A stretch of DNA of 64,000 nucleotides from NCBI GenBank assembly GCA_046290225.1, contig JBKAGE010000034.1:224001-288000 (forward strand), written 5' to 3'. A model generated the notes under the pieces. That model had not been told where the DNA came from. It searched no databases and saw only the letters and a program-made list of their open reading frames with translations. Within the stretch, counting starts at the first letter, position 1. Every line of letters starts with the position of its first letter. This document shows positions 44,628 through 54,203 of the stretch, in pieces. This DNA is from Bradymonadia bacterium (GTDB lineage Bacteria > Myxococcota_A > Bradymonadia > UBA7976 > UBA1532). The translations under genes were made by a program, and so were the position numbers.

Positions 44628-45421
44628 CACGCTACGCTCACAGACGCGTGGCGCCCAAGGGGTTCACGCTGCTCGAGGCCCTCGTGGCCCTGGCCATCCT
44701 CGGATCCATCGGGGCGTTGCTCTATCGGAGCATGTCCACCTCGTTCCGGGCCAAGGCCTGGGTGAGCGAGGTGAACGATCGCTATCACGAGGGCCGGCAG
44801 GTGATGAACCGCATCACCTCCGAGCTGCGCATGGCCTTCCTGACCTTCGAGGTGCCAGAGCAGCTGCGGGAAGAAAACCCCGCGGTGCTCACCCGCTTCG
44901 AGGGCAGCGAAGATCAGATCCACTTCGCCTCGACCTCTCACCTGCGCCTCGTGGCCAACGCCCGCGAGTCGGATCAGGCTGAGATCGGCTACTTCCTGAA
45001 GAATAACAACCGCCGCGACTCCAAATATCGAGGCAAGACGCTGTTCCGCAGGGAGAGCAAGCGCCTCGACGACAAGTACGACAAGGGCGGCAGCATCTGG
45101 CCCGTGGTCGATGGTGTACGGGTGTTCAAGCTCGAGTACTGGGACGAGACAAAGGCCATCGGCGACGACGCCTGGCAAAGCGACTGGGACACCCAGAGCG
45201 ACGATCAAGATCTGCTGCCCTCGCGCATCCGCATCACCCTGGAGCTGGACTCCGGTGACGAGCGGCCGCCGATCCGCTTCGTGGCCCAAGCAGCGCCCCG
45301 GCTGCGGCGCCCCATCGCCGCCATCGACAGCTTCGTGCCTCAGCGGGCGATCCGAAATGCCGCTCAGGAGCAGCTCGACAACGCCGCTGATCCGGCCAAC
45401 CCCCCGAACCTGAGGCGATGA
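44624..45421 (+). CDS. gspJ: Minor pseudopilin J
   Basis: PKG|FTLLEALVALAIL; W..DWD..LPSRIRITL. Confidence 0.88.
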   Translation: MTRYAHRRVAPKGFTLLEALVALAILGSIGALLYRSMSTSFRAKAWVSEVNDRYHEGRQVMNRITSELRMAFLTFEVPEQLREENPAVLTRFEGSEDQIHFASTSHLRLVANARESDQAEIGYFLKNNNRRDSKYRGKTLFRRESKRLDDKYDKGGSIWPVVDGVRVFKLEYWDETKAIGDDAWQSDWDTQSDDQDLLPSRIRITLELDSGDERPPIRFVAQAAPRLRRPIAAIDSFVPQRAIRNAAQEQLDNAADPANPPNLRR

Positions 45422-46785
45422 TGATGCCCACGACCCATACCCGACCCCGGGGGCCCAGAGGTGTGGCCATGGTCATGGTGCTCGTCGCCGTGCTCATCCT
45501 CACGCTGGTGCTGCTCGAGTTCTCCAAGACCAGCCGCACCCACCTCAACCAGGGGGTAAACGTCCGCGACACCGTGCGGGCCAATGTCATCGCCGAGACC
45601 GGCATGGTGCTCACCCGAGCCTGCCTCGATCCGAGCATCTGGGGCCCCATGGCGGGCCAGATGGCCAAGATGGATATGCAGAAGGTCTGCAACCTGCTGC
45701 TCGGGGTGTTCCTCGCCGGCCGGGTCGATCTGCCCGTAGGCGGGCTCTCGGTCGAACTCGAAGGCATCGACAACCTCGGCATCGGCAAGGGCGGCCTCGA
45801 AGAGATGGAGCTGGTGCCCGAGGAGTCGTTCATCGGCCTCGCGGGCATGTACTGCCCCAACAACCAGCAGACCGGGGCCCCTGATCTCAACTGCACCTCG
45901 CGCATCCAGACTGCGGGCAAGCTCCGCAGCATCTTGTGCGACCCTGACATTGCTCACGTCTTCGAGAATGAGCAGGAAGACGGCAAGCGCTACACCCGGT
46001 GGGACATCATCACCAACATCGCCGACTGGATGGATCGCGACGACAACCGCATGCAGTTCGACCCGCTCACCGGGCAGTTCATCCAGGGCGCCGGTGAGGG
46101 CGAAGACTCGTATTACGGCGACTCGGACGACCGCTACCGGGCCAAGGACGCCCCCCTCGACAGCATCGAGGAGCTGCGGTTGATCCGGGGCATCAACGAT
46201 GATCTGTTCAACTTCTTGAAAGACCGGGTGAGCGTGCACGCCCGGGAGAAGGTGAACGTACAGACGGCGAGCCGTGACATCTTCGAAGCCCTGCTCCGGG
46301 CCAACGCCCCGGCTTTCCAGGTCATCGAGAACAACTCGTGCGGCGAAGAGACCAGCGGCACGCCCCAAGATCAGATGGATCAGGCCCTCACGATGTACGC
46401 AGATCTCATCGTGAAGGCCCGTGACGACTACGCGTTCCAACGGATGATGTCCGGGAACTTCTTCGGCAACACGTTCAGGAACAATCAGGACTTTCTGCGG
46501 ATCGCGCAAGATCCGCTGGCGAGCCTGATGAACGGGCAAATGGCCCAGTTCAACCCGGCCATGATGCAGCAGTACCTCGCCCTGTCACAGGATCCGACGT
46601 ACGCCATCTTGCGCGGACAGGTCATCAACTGGCAGCAGCTCGCTCAAGGCGTCACCGTTCGGGTGGCCGAGCGCATGTTCCGGTTGAACATCAAGGCCCG
46701 GGTGGGGAACATCTCGCGGCGCGTCATGGCGGTCTTGAAGCAAGACGGCCCCGTGGTGCGTACGCTTTATTATCGGGAGGACTAG
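45418..46785 (+). CDS. gspK: Minor pseudopilin K
   Basis: RG|VAMVMVL (no E5), IADWMDRD, SIEELRLIRGI, VNVQTAS. Confidence 0.9.
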   Translation: MMMPTTHTRPRGPRGVAMVMVLVAVLILTLVLLEFSKTSRTHLNQGVNVRDTVRANVIAETGMVLTRACLDPSIWGPMAGQMAKMDMQKVCNLLLGVFLAGRVDLPVGGLSVELEGIDNLGIGKGGLEEMELVPEESFIGLAGMYCPNNQQTGAPDLNCTSRIQTAGKLRSILCDPDIAHVFENEQEDGKRYTRWDIITNIADWMDRDDNRMQFDPLTGQFIQGAGEGEDSYYGDSDDRYRAKDAPLDSIEELRLIRGINDDLFNFLKDRVSVHAREKVNVQTASRDIFEALLRANAPAFQVIENNSCGEETSGTPQDQMDQALTMYADLIVKARDDYAFQRMMSGNFFGNTFRNNQDFLRIAQDPLASLMNGQMAQFNPAMMQQYLALSQDPTYAILRGQVINWQQLAQGVTVRVAERMFRLNIKARVGNISRRVMAVLKQDGPVVRTLYYRED

Positions 46786-46789
46786 CGCG

Positions 46790-48397
46790 ATGGCCACCAA
46801 GGTGATCGGCCTCGACTTGGGCACTCACACCGTGAAGGTCGCCGAGCTCGTGACGGCGTTTCGCACCCAGGAGTGGGTGGGTTTCGGCACCGAGCCTGTA
46901 GAGACCGAGGGTGACGGCCCGCCCACCATGGAAGAGATCGTCATGGCCGCCCGGCGCCTCCTGGAGCGTCGGGGGCTGCTGGGCGAGACCATCATCACCT
47001 CCCTGCCCTCGGAGGCGGTGTCCACGGTGAGCCTGGACTTCCCCTTCGATCAGCCCAAGAAGATCGAGCAGGTGCTGCCGTTCCAGCTCGAAGAGGTGAT
47101 CCCCCTCGACATCGAAGATGTCGTCTGGGACTACCAGATCGTGAAGAAGACCGAGGAGGGGGCCGCTCGTGTGCTGGTGGCCTACGTCAAAGAGACCCTC
47201 TTCGCGCGGTTCCTCGAGACCATGCAGGCCGTGGATCTCGACCCCAAGGTGGTGGGGGTGGGTCCCCTCACCTTCTACAACCTGTACGACGCCCTGCTCG
47301 GCGAGCACGCCACGGCCCCCACGGCGATCCTCGACCTGGGCCACGCCCACTCCGAGCTGGTGATCTTCGATCAGGGCCAGCCCGTGGTGGTCCGCAGCCT
47401 CTCCGGCGGCGGCCTCGACATCACCGAGGGCCTCGCCGACGCCTTCAACGTCGACATGGTCCGGGCGGAGCAGGGCAAGCACGCCGAGGCCATGGTGGGC
47501 CCGCCGGGCCAGCAGACCGACGACGGCCTGAGCCTGGACAAGCCCAACCGGCAAGAGCTCATCGTCGAGGCCTGCCGCGAGGCCATCGACGACATTTTGC
47601 GCGAGGCCCGGCGCTCCCTGGCGGCCCACTTCGACGCCACGGGTCACCAGATCGGGCAGATCTACCTCACCGGCGGCACCAGCCAGATGCCTGGCCTGCG
47701 GACCTATATCGAGAGTCAGCTCGGGGTCAACGTCGGGGTGCTCAACCCCCTCACCCTGTCGGCGAAGAAGCTGCGGGAAGAGGGCAACCGCATCCAGCCC
47801 TATGTGTCCAAGGCCATCGGCTCCGCTCTGCGCGGCGTCAGCCGGGCCCATCAGAGCCAGATCAACCTGCGCAAGGGTGACTACAGCTACACCGGTGACT
47901 TCGGCTTCTTGCGGGGCCGCATCATCAGCGTGGGCGTCTCCGTGGCCGTCATCGTCATCCTCGCCGCCATGGTGGCGGTGACGAAGAAGCGGGTGCTCGA
48001 GGCGGAGACCCTGAGCCTGCAGGCCCAGGTCGAAGCCCTGAGCATGGAGATCATGGGCGAAGAGACCGACGATCCGGATGAAGTGCTCGAGGCCATGAAC
48101 AGCAAGGCCAACAACCCCGCGGCCCTCATCCCCCAAGAGGACGCCTTCTCAGTGTTGCACGACTTCTCGCGGTTCATCGACTACAAGACCACCATCGACG
48201 TCGATCGCATGAACATCGACATCAGCAACAACCGCATCGAGATCCGAGGGCGTACGCTCTCCGCCGACGACGTGGAGGCCATCGTGGAGTCGCTGCAGAA
48301 GCACGACTGCATCAGCAAGGTCAGCAAGGACCGCAACGAGCGAACCCTCGACAACAAGACCAAGTTCACGTTGTCGATGAACATGAACTGCATCTGA
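46790..48397 (+). CDS. gspL: GspL (PilM-like actin fold, TM, PilN-like domain)
   Basis: IGLDLGTHTVK, ILDLGH, YLTGGTS, INLRKG followed by a TM; operon position. Confidence 0.85.
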   Translation: MATKVIGLDLGTHTVKVAELVTAFRTQEWVGFGTEPVETEGDGPPTMEEIVMAARRLLERRGLLGETIITSLPSEAVSTVSLDFPFDQPKKIEQVLPFQLEEVIPLDIEDVVWDYQIVKKTEEGAARVLVAYVKETLFARFLETMQAVDLDPKVVGVGPLTFYNLYDALLGEHATAPTAILDLGHAHSELVIFDQGQPVVVRSLSGGGLDITEGLADAFNVDMVRAEQGKHAEAMVGPPGQQTDDGLSLDKPNRQELIVEACREAIDDILREARRSLAAHFDATGHQIGQIYLTGGTSQMPGLRTYIESQLGVNVGVLNPLTLSAKKLREEGNRIQPYVSKAIGSALRGVSRAHQSQINLRKGDYSYTGDFGFLRGRIISVGVSVAVIVILAAMVAVTKKRVLEAETLSLQAQVEALSMEIMGEETDDPDEVLEAMNSKANNPAALIPQEDAFSVLHDFSRFIDYKTTIDVDRMNIDISNNRIEIRGRTLSADDVEAIVESLQKHDCISKVSKDRNERTLDNKTKFTLSMNMNCI

Positions 48398-48410
48398 GGG
48401 AGAGATCGTC

Positions 48411-49028
48411 ATGGCAGCACAAGGGCGCATGGCCCGTATGTTCGAGGCCTTCGACCGACTCTCCACCCGAGAGAAGGTCCTGGTCTCTGGTCTGGTGGTG
48501 GGCCTGCTCGCCACCCTCATGGTGGTGGTCTGGATGGTGATCAACCGCCAGATCGAAGAGCTGGAGATCGCCAACGAGGCCACCCGGGAGAGCATCGAAG
48601 AGATCCAAATGGCCAAACAGTCGTTCATGGCCAGCAAGGCGGAGCTCGCCGAGTCTCAGGCCCAGCTCGAGAACAACACGATCAAGCTGGTCCGCGTGAT
48701 GGAGAAGGAGGCAAAGGCCCTCGACATCCGCATCCAGAACTTCAAGGAGAACCGCCGCCCGCTGACGGAGAACTACCGTCTGGCCAAGAAGAACAAAGAC
48801 GGCAAGAAGAGCAAGGGCGTGAAAGATCTCGTAGAGGAGAGCCAGACGGTGACTCTCAAGAAGATCAGCCTGGACCAGCTCTCGAAGTTCATGCGGGCTC
48901 TGGAGCAGCAAAAGGCCCCGGTGCGGGTGACTCAGCTGTCGGTGAACACCTCGCTGAGCAACCGCCAGGAGCTGCGCGAGGTGAAGCTCACCGTAGCGAC
49001 GTATCGCATGGAAGTGGTGGAGAACTGA
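48411..49028 (+). CDS. gspM: GspM-like protein
   Basis: LSTREKVLV then TM, coiled coil and LDQLSKFMRALE; operon position. Confidence 0.8.
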   Translation: MAAQGRMARMFEAFDRLSTREKVLVSGLVVGLLATLMVVVWMVINRQIEELEIANEATRESIEEIQMAKQSFMASKAELAESQAQLENNTIKLVRVMEKEAKALDIRIQNFKENRRPLTENYRLAKKNKDGKKSKGVKDLVEESQTVTLKKISLDQLSKFMRALEQQKAPVRVTQLSVNTSLSNRQELREVKLTVATYRMEVVEN

Positions 49029-49065
49029 TGTTGGCTCTCTACACCGATGGCAGCGAGGGGGCAGC

Positions 49066-50802
49066 ATGTCGAACCTGCTGAAAGCGTTCCTGAAGTACAC
49101 CGGCTACACGGTCTTCTTCCTGGCAGCCTTCGGGCTGTTCTTCTACCTGACCCTCCCCATGGACGAGGTGAAGTCGTACCTGGTACGCGCCGCCTCCGAC
49201 AATCTGAACCTCGAGCTGGAGATCGACGATCTACAGCTCGCGGGCATCTCCACGGTGAAGGCCTCGGGGGTGGTGCTCACCCCCCGCCCCACGCCGGAAG
49301 AGCTCGCGGAGATGGAAGCGGCCATCAAGGCCCGCAAGGAGGCCAAGGCCCGCATTAAGGCACAAGAAGAGGCCGGCGACGCACCGGAGCCTGCAGCGCC
49401 GGCCCCAGCGCCCGCTGTCCCCCCTGATCCGGCAGCCCTCGTTGACCCCGCCGTGCTTGCTGATCCAGCGGCGATGGCGGATCCGGCGGCACTGGCCGAT
49501 CCGGCGGCGCTGGCCGATCCGGCAGCCCTTGCAGATCCTGCAGCCCCGCCTCCCCCTGGCCCCACCCGGGCCCGGATGAAGAAGGGCAAAGCCGCTCGGG
49601 GCAAGAAGGCCAAGAAGGCCAAGAAGATCGAGCTGCCCCCTCTCCCAGCGGGCCCACAGCCCCTGGAGATCACCGAGCTCGAGGTGAACCTTGAGGCCAT
49701 GGCGGCCATCAAGGGAGAGTTTCGGGGCTCGCTGTCTTCAGAGCTGATGGACGGCACCCTGGCGGGCACCTTCGATCATGGCGCCGAAGCGCTGGTCGTA
49801 GATGTCGAAGCCGACAGCCTTGATCTCAGCCAGCTCACGTTTCTCAAGGGCATGCTGCCCATCCCTGTGAAGGGGGTGCTCAGCCTCACCGCCGAAGGTG
49901 ACGTGGCCCGGAACACGAAGGGTGCCTTCCGCCTCGCCACCATCAACGGCAACGCAGAGCTGGACGCGGTCCGCATCAGCGCGGGCCCGGGGATGATCCC
50001 CACGCAGAAGATGGGGAACGTCGAGATCCCCGTGGTGCGCATCGATCGCCTCGGGGGCACCATCGATTTCAGCCAGAAGAAGGCGACGTTCAAGAACGTG
50101 ACCTTCTCGGGCAAGGACATCGAAGGTGAGATCACCGGCTACATCACACTGCACGACAAGATGGAGCGATGGCGCCCGAACTTCCACGTCAGCTTCAAGT
50201 TCTCGAAGGAGTTCCTGGCGAACAACGCCGCGGTGAAGTTCATCATCGAGTCTCGCGACGTGAAGCGGGCGGTGAACACCGACGGCTTCGTGGGCTACAT
50301 GCTCCGTGGCGGCTGGTCGGCGAAGAACTTCCAGCCCCGCCGCGAGAGCCCCTTCAAGAAGAAGTCCCGAGCCAAGAAGCGCGGCGCCGACAAGAAGAAG
50401 AACAAGTCTGCCTCGAAGCGGAAGAACCGCCGCAACAGCAAGAAAGGCACGTCGCTCGCGAACAAAGACAAAGATGATCGCAAGCGCCGCAACCGCCGCC
50501 GCGTCTCTGCCCGCCCACCCAAGGATGACACGACGGCTTCTCGTCGCCCCAAGCCCCTCGGCCGCCCTCAACCTGCAGATCCTGATACTGAAGACGAGGA
50601 GGACGAGGAAGACGAAGAGGATGAAGAGGACGAAGAGGACGAGCCCGACGAGCCCGATACTGAAGAGCCCACCACTGACGAGCCCAACGGGGACGAGCCC
50701 ACTGAGGGCAGTCCGAACGACGATCTGCCTCAGGACGGCGCCGGTGGGGGTGGCCCTGATGACAACGGCGGCGGGCCGGGGCCCAACGACGACTTGCCTT
50801 GA
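49066..50802 (+). CDS. gspN: GspN-like protein with low-complexity insertions
   Basis: N-terminal TM ..FYLTLP, beta-rich core; last gene of the operon. Confidence 0.75.
   Translation: MSNLLKAFLKYTGYTVFFLAAFGLFFYLTLPMDEVKSYLVRAASDNLNLELEIDDLQLAGISTVKASGVVLTPRPTPEELAEMEAAIKARKEAKARIKAQEEAGDAPEPAAPAPAPAVPPDPAALVDPAVLADPAAMADPAALADPAALADPAALADPAAPPPPGPTRARMKKGKAARGKKAKKAKKIELPPLPAGPQPLEITELEVNLEAMAAIKGEFRGSLSSELMDGTLAGTFDHGAEALVVDVEADSLDLSQLTFLKGMLPIPVKGVLSLTAEGDVARNTKGAFRLATINGNAELDAVRISAGPGMIPTQKMGNVEIPVVRIDRLGGTIDFSQKKATFKNVTFSGKDIEGEITGYITLHDKMERWRPNFHVSFKFSKEFLANNAAVKFIIESRDVKRAVNTDGFVGYMLRGGWSAKNFQPRRESPFKKKSRAKKRGADKKKNKSASKRKNRRNSKKGTSLANKDKDDRKRRNRRRVSARPPKDDTTASRRPKPLGRPQPADPDTEDEEDEEDEEDEEDEEDEPDEPDTEEPTTDEPNGDEPTEGSPNDDLPQDGAGGGGPDDNGGGPGPNDDLP
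49426..49551 (+). repeat. 18-bp coding tandem repeat (7 copies, DPAALA-like)
   Basis: DPAALV DPAVLA DPAAMA DPAALA DPAALA DPAALA DPAAPP. Confidence 0.9.
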
Positions 50803-50864
50803 GAGCGGACGGCGCGCTTTGGCACCGCGGAGCTACAGGCGGTGCCAAAGGCACGGCCGTCCGC

Positions 50865-53582
50865 TCAGAAGTTGATATTATCCCGAAAGTTCGGATCGAG
50901 CTGCTGGCCCACCTCGAACCTGATCTCCCGATCGTAAATCCGGCGGTACAACGCGAGGTACTGAAGCACTCGCTTGGTGTACCTGCGCGTCTCCGGATAC
51001 GGGATCTCTTCGACGAACTCGTCCATGTTGATGTGGCCCTTCGCCTTGAGCCACGCTGCCACCCGGTGGGGCCCGGCGTTGTAGCTGGCGATGGCCAGGG
51101 GCAGCTGCCCGTTGAACTTGGTGAGCAGCTGGTTGAAGTACCAGCCACCGAGCTCCAGGGCCACCTCGGGCTCGAGCAACATGGCCGGGCCGAAATTGCG
51201 CATGCCCATGCGATCCGCCACCAGACGCCCCGTGAAGGGCATCACCTGCATCAGGCCTCTGGCACCAGCGTGACTGATCGCCAGGGGGTTGTAGGCCGAC
51301 TCCACGGTCATCAGGGACCACAGGAAGTACGGATCGAGGCCGTAGCGGGCGGCGGTGTGCTCCACGATGGGGCGGAACGCCTGACGGAACATGTTGGCCC
51401 AGGCGGGGTTGTGCTCCTCTGACTCTGGAAGCCCCACCAGGGTGCCCTTCTTGTTGAAGTAGCGTCGGGCGTAGTAGGCGTCACCAATGCACTGGATATA
51501 GGCCGAGCGCATCATCCCGTAGATGGGGCTGCTCAGCAGCTTGGCGAGGGCCTGGCCCCTGCGGGCATCCGCAGCGGGTCGGGGTGTATCGCTGAGATCA
51601 CGACCCCACTCACCGAGGGTGACGTCCCGTCGGCGATCAGCATAGGGCTCTGGACGCCAGGCCCAGCGCTTGGCGCTGCGTCGCTTGCGGCGATACTTGC
51701 GAAAGTCTGCCAGCTCGTCGCTCACCCGGTGCAGCGCCCCTCTGGCGGCCCAGAGCTCCCCCGTGAGCACCAGCTGGTGGGCCCGTTGCAAGTCGGGCAA
51801 CACCCCCCCGTACCGACGAATCAGCCGCTCGAAGGCCGTGAGGCCCTCTTCCGTGGGCAGATGGGTCGAGCCTGGGGGCGGGGCCTCCACGAGCACAGGG
51901 GCGAGCAGCGGGCCATCGTCGATCTCGGGCTGTGAGGTTGCCCGTGCCTGAGCGAGGGTCTGTTGCTGGCAATCGTCGTCATCTTCGCGGCACGTGGGCG
52001 CTGCCGGGATGTCGTCACTCGTACCGCCGCCATCAGGATCGACGTCGCCTGTGGCAAGGGGGCCTTCTGCGGGGCTCATGCCCAGCTCGGCGAGGCGGGC
52101 CCGTGACTGATAGGCATAGTACGACACGGGGGTGGACGCGATGACCTCGCGGTAGGCCTCCGCCGCGGTGTCCACCTCACCGGCCTGGGCCATGGCCCGG
52201 CCATACCAGTAAGTGAACTTTTCCGGCCAGCGGGTGCCCGATCGCAGCTGCGCGAAGGTGTCGGCGGCTTCGAGATACTCACCGAGCTGGAAGCTGCTCC
52301 AGGCCCTGAGCCAGCGGGTCCCGCCGCTGAACTCTCCCCCTCGGCGGCTCAGCAAGGCGAAGTGCTCTCTGGCCTTCATGTACTCGGCCGCGTTGAAGTA
52401 GAGCCAGGCCACGTCTTCGAGCAGCTCGCTCGGCAGGCGCTCGGGGTTGCCCGCAGAGGCCTTGAGGGCAGCCACAGCCTCTTTGGTCTTGCCCATCTTC
52501 TCGAGCACATAGCTCTGCCAGCGCAGCGACTGTCGACGGTGACCCTCGATGGTGGCGCTCTGCCCCCAGGCCTTGAAGGCCGCCAGGGCGTCATCGTAGC
52601 GCTCCATCTGGTAGAGCGTTCGGGCCATCTGATAGCGGGCCTTGCGCTTAAGGGCGGACTTGGCCTTGGGGTGCTCAGCGACCTCGCCGAGCACCTTCAA
52701 GGCCCGCTCGAAGAACTTCTGGCGTCGAAGCTTGTAGCCCACCTCGTACAGCGTGTCTGGGCTCGCCGCGGGCACCGAGATGCCCTGGGCCTCGAGGGCC
52801 TCAAGCGATCGACGGGCCACGAGGGCCAGCGGATCGCCTGGGTGCTGACGCACGACCTGACTGAGCACTCCGGCCACCTTGCTCAGCCGACCGCGGGCGC
52901 GCTCTCCTTCGGCGATGGCCATGAGCGCAGCGGCCTGATGGGGGTACTCCGGGTAAGTGTCGAGCAGGCTTCGCAGCCGACGGATCCCTTCGCGGTGCTT
53001 CCCTTGGCCCAGCAGACAGTCAGCGACGCGAAAGCGCGCCCGGTGGGCCCACTGGGAGGCCGAGTTCACCTTGATCAGCTTCTCAAAGAGCTTCTCTGCG
53101 GCGCCATATCGCCCCTGGTGAAATGTGCTCTCGGCCTCGAAGAAGCGCAAGCGATCGGCAAAGGCGGGTTTGAGCGCAGCAGCCGCCTTGAGATCAGCCA
53201 CAGCGAGGGCATATCGCCCGAGGCGGTACCGCGCCATGCCCCGAACAGCCCTCAGCAACGCGTAGTCGGCGCTCCCCTTCTTCACCCCTGCCAGCGCCTG
53301 AGTGGCCTTCTGCTCTGCTGTCAGGGGCTCACCTGCGGAGCGACCCACCTCGGCCACCAGCGGGCTGAATTTGGGGTACTTCACCACCCCCGGCCACTGT
53401 GCGTCGGTGATCTGGCCTTCGAGCGCGGGCCGGGCAGACTGTCGTTGATTGGGCGCCTTGCGGGCAGGCGACGTAGAGTCTCCATCGGCATGAGCCGGTA
53501 CGGACTGGGTCGACCATGCCGTGATCACGAGGATCAGGGAGATGCTCAAACGGGCGAGATCGTGGGGTGTGCGGATCACCAA
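50865..53582 (-). CDS. Soluble lytic transglycosylase (Slt70-like, TPR plus SLT domain)
   Basis: Signal peptide, TPRs, VESAYNP..SHAGARGLMQVMP, SYNAGP, ETRRYTKRV. Confidence 0.93.
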   Translation of the reverse strand: MVIRTPHDLARLSISLILVITAWSTQSVPAHADGDSTSPARKAPNQRQSARPALEGQITDAQWPGVVKYPKFSPLVAEVGRSAGEPLTAEQKATQALAGVKKGSADYALLRAVRGMARYRLGRYALAVADLKAAAALKPAFADRLRFFEAESTFHQGRYGAAEKLFEKLIKVNSASQWAHRARFRVADCLLGQGKHREGIRRLRSLLDTYPEYPHQAAALMAIAEGERARGRLSKVAGVLSQVVRQHPGDPLALVARRSLEALEAQGISVPAASPDTLYEVGYKLRRQKFFERALKVLGEVAEHPKAKSALKRKARYQMARTLYQMERYDDALAAFKAWGQSATIEGHRRQSLRWQSYVLEKMGKTKEAVAALKASAGNPERLPSELLEDVAWLYFNAAEYMKAREHFALLSRRGGEFSGGTRWLRAWSSFQLGEYLEAADTFAQLRSGTRWPEKFTYWYGRAMAQAGEVDTAAEAYREVIASTPVSYYAYQSRARLAELGMSPAEGPLATGDVDPDGGGTSDDIPAAPTCREDDDDCQQQTLAQARATSQPEIDDGPLLAPVLVEAPPPGSTHLPTEEGLTAFERLIRRYGGVLPDLQRAHQLVLTGELWAARGALHRVSDELADFRKYRRKRRSAKRWAWRPEPYADRRRDVTLGEWGRDLSDTPRPAADARRGQALAKLLSSPIYGMMRSAYIQCIGDAYYARRYFNKKGTLVGLPESEEHNPAWANMFRQAFRPIVEHTAARYGLDPYFLWSLMTVESAYNPLAISHAGARGLMQVMPFTGRLVADRMGMRNFGPAMLLEPEVALELGGWYFNQLLTKFNGQLPLAIASYNAGPHRVAAWLKAKGHINMDEFVEEIPYPETRRYTKRVLQYLALYRRIYDREIRFEVGQQLDPNFRDNINF

Positions 53583-53637
53583 ATCTCCTCAGAGTGTGCC
53601 GCTGGTCACAGGTAGAAAAGCGCGGCATCTCTCTGAA

Positions 53638-53814
53638 TCAGATCAGATCATCGCCCTCGTCGTCCAGTCCAGCGCCGATCAAGTCGCTCTGGCCGGCCTT
53701 GATGCCCGCCTTTCGGCCAAAGATGAAGCCGATGATGCCGCCCACGAGCAGGATGAACGGGATGTAGACAATGTGCGTCGGGGTCGGGGTACCAAAGAAC
53801 TCCACTTCACCCAT
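53638..53814 (-). CDS. Small membrane protein, 58 aa (below the ORF-track cutoff)
   Basis: MGEVEFFGTPTPTHIVYIPFILLVGGIIGFIFGRKAG...DDEGDDLI; TGATG overlap with the ccmD stop; typical codon bias. Confidence 0.75.
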   Translation of the reverse strand: MGEVEFFGTPTPTHIVYIPFILLVGGIIGFIFGRKAGIKAGQSDLIGAGLDDEGDDLI

Positions 53815-54203
53815 CACACACCTCCTTCATCGTCGAGCGCGTTGAGGCGCTTGCGCAAATCATTCAGCTCCTGGGCGGTGCTCTGCTGCTTGCTCCAGGT
53901 GCGCCAGATGAAGCCGAAGACCAGAATCCAGATGGCGGCGTAGGCGATCCAGAGGTTGCGGTACTTCATGTCTTCGTTCGAAGACGTGCCCTTGAAGCTC
54001 GCAGGCTTCGTGTAGCCATCGCCGGCGGCCTGCCCCGAGGCAGAACCCTCCGCAGAACCCTCTGACGTGGCTGCAGCAGCGGGCGTATCCTGGGCCCACG
54101 CCTGCCCCACGGGGGCCATCAGCCCCAGGGCCATGGTGAGGACGATGCCTCGGAGAGAGAGGCTCCACAGGTGGGAAGACTGTGCGCGACGCTTGATCAT
54201 CAA
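53814..54203 (-). CDS. ccmD: CcmD-family protein with N-terminal extension
   Basis: LWIAYAAIWILVFGFIW followed by a coiled coil; directly after ccmC. Confidence 0.7.
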   Translation of the reverse strand: MMIKRRAQSSHLWSLSLRGIVLTMALGLMAPVGQAWAQDTPAAAATSEGSAEGSASGQAAGDGYTKPASFKGTSSNEDMKYRNLWIAYAAIWILVFGFIWRTWSKQQSTAQELNDLRKRLNALDDEGGV

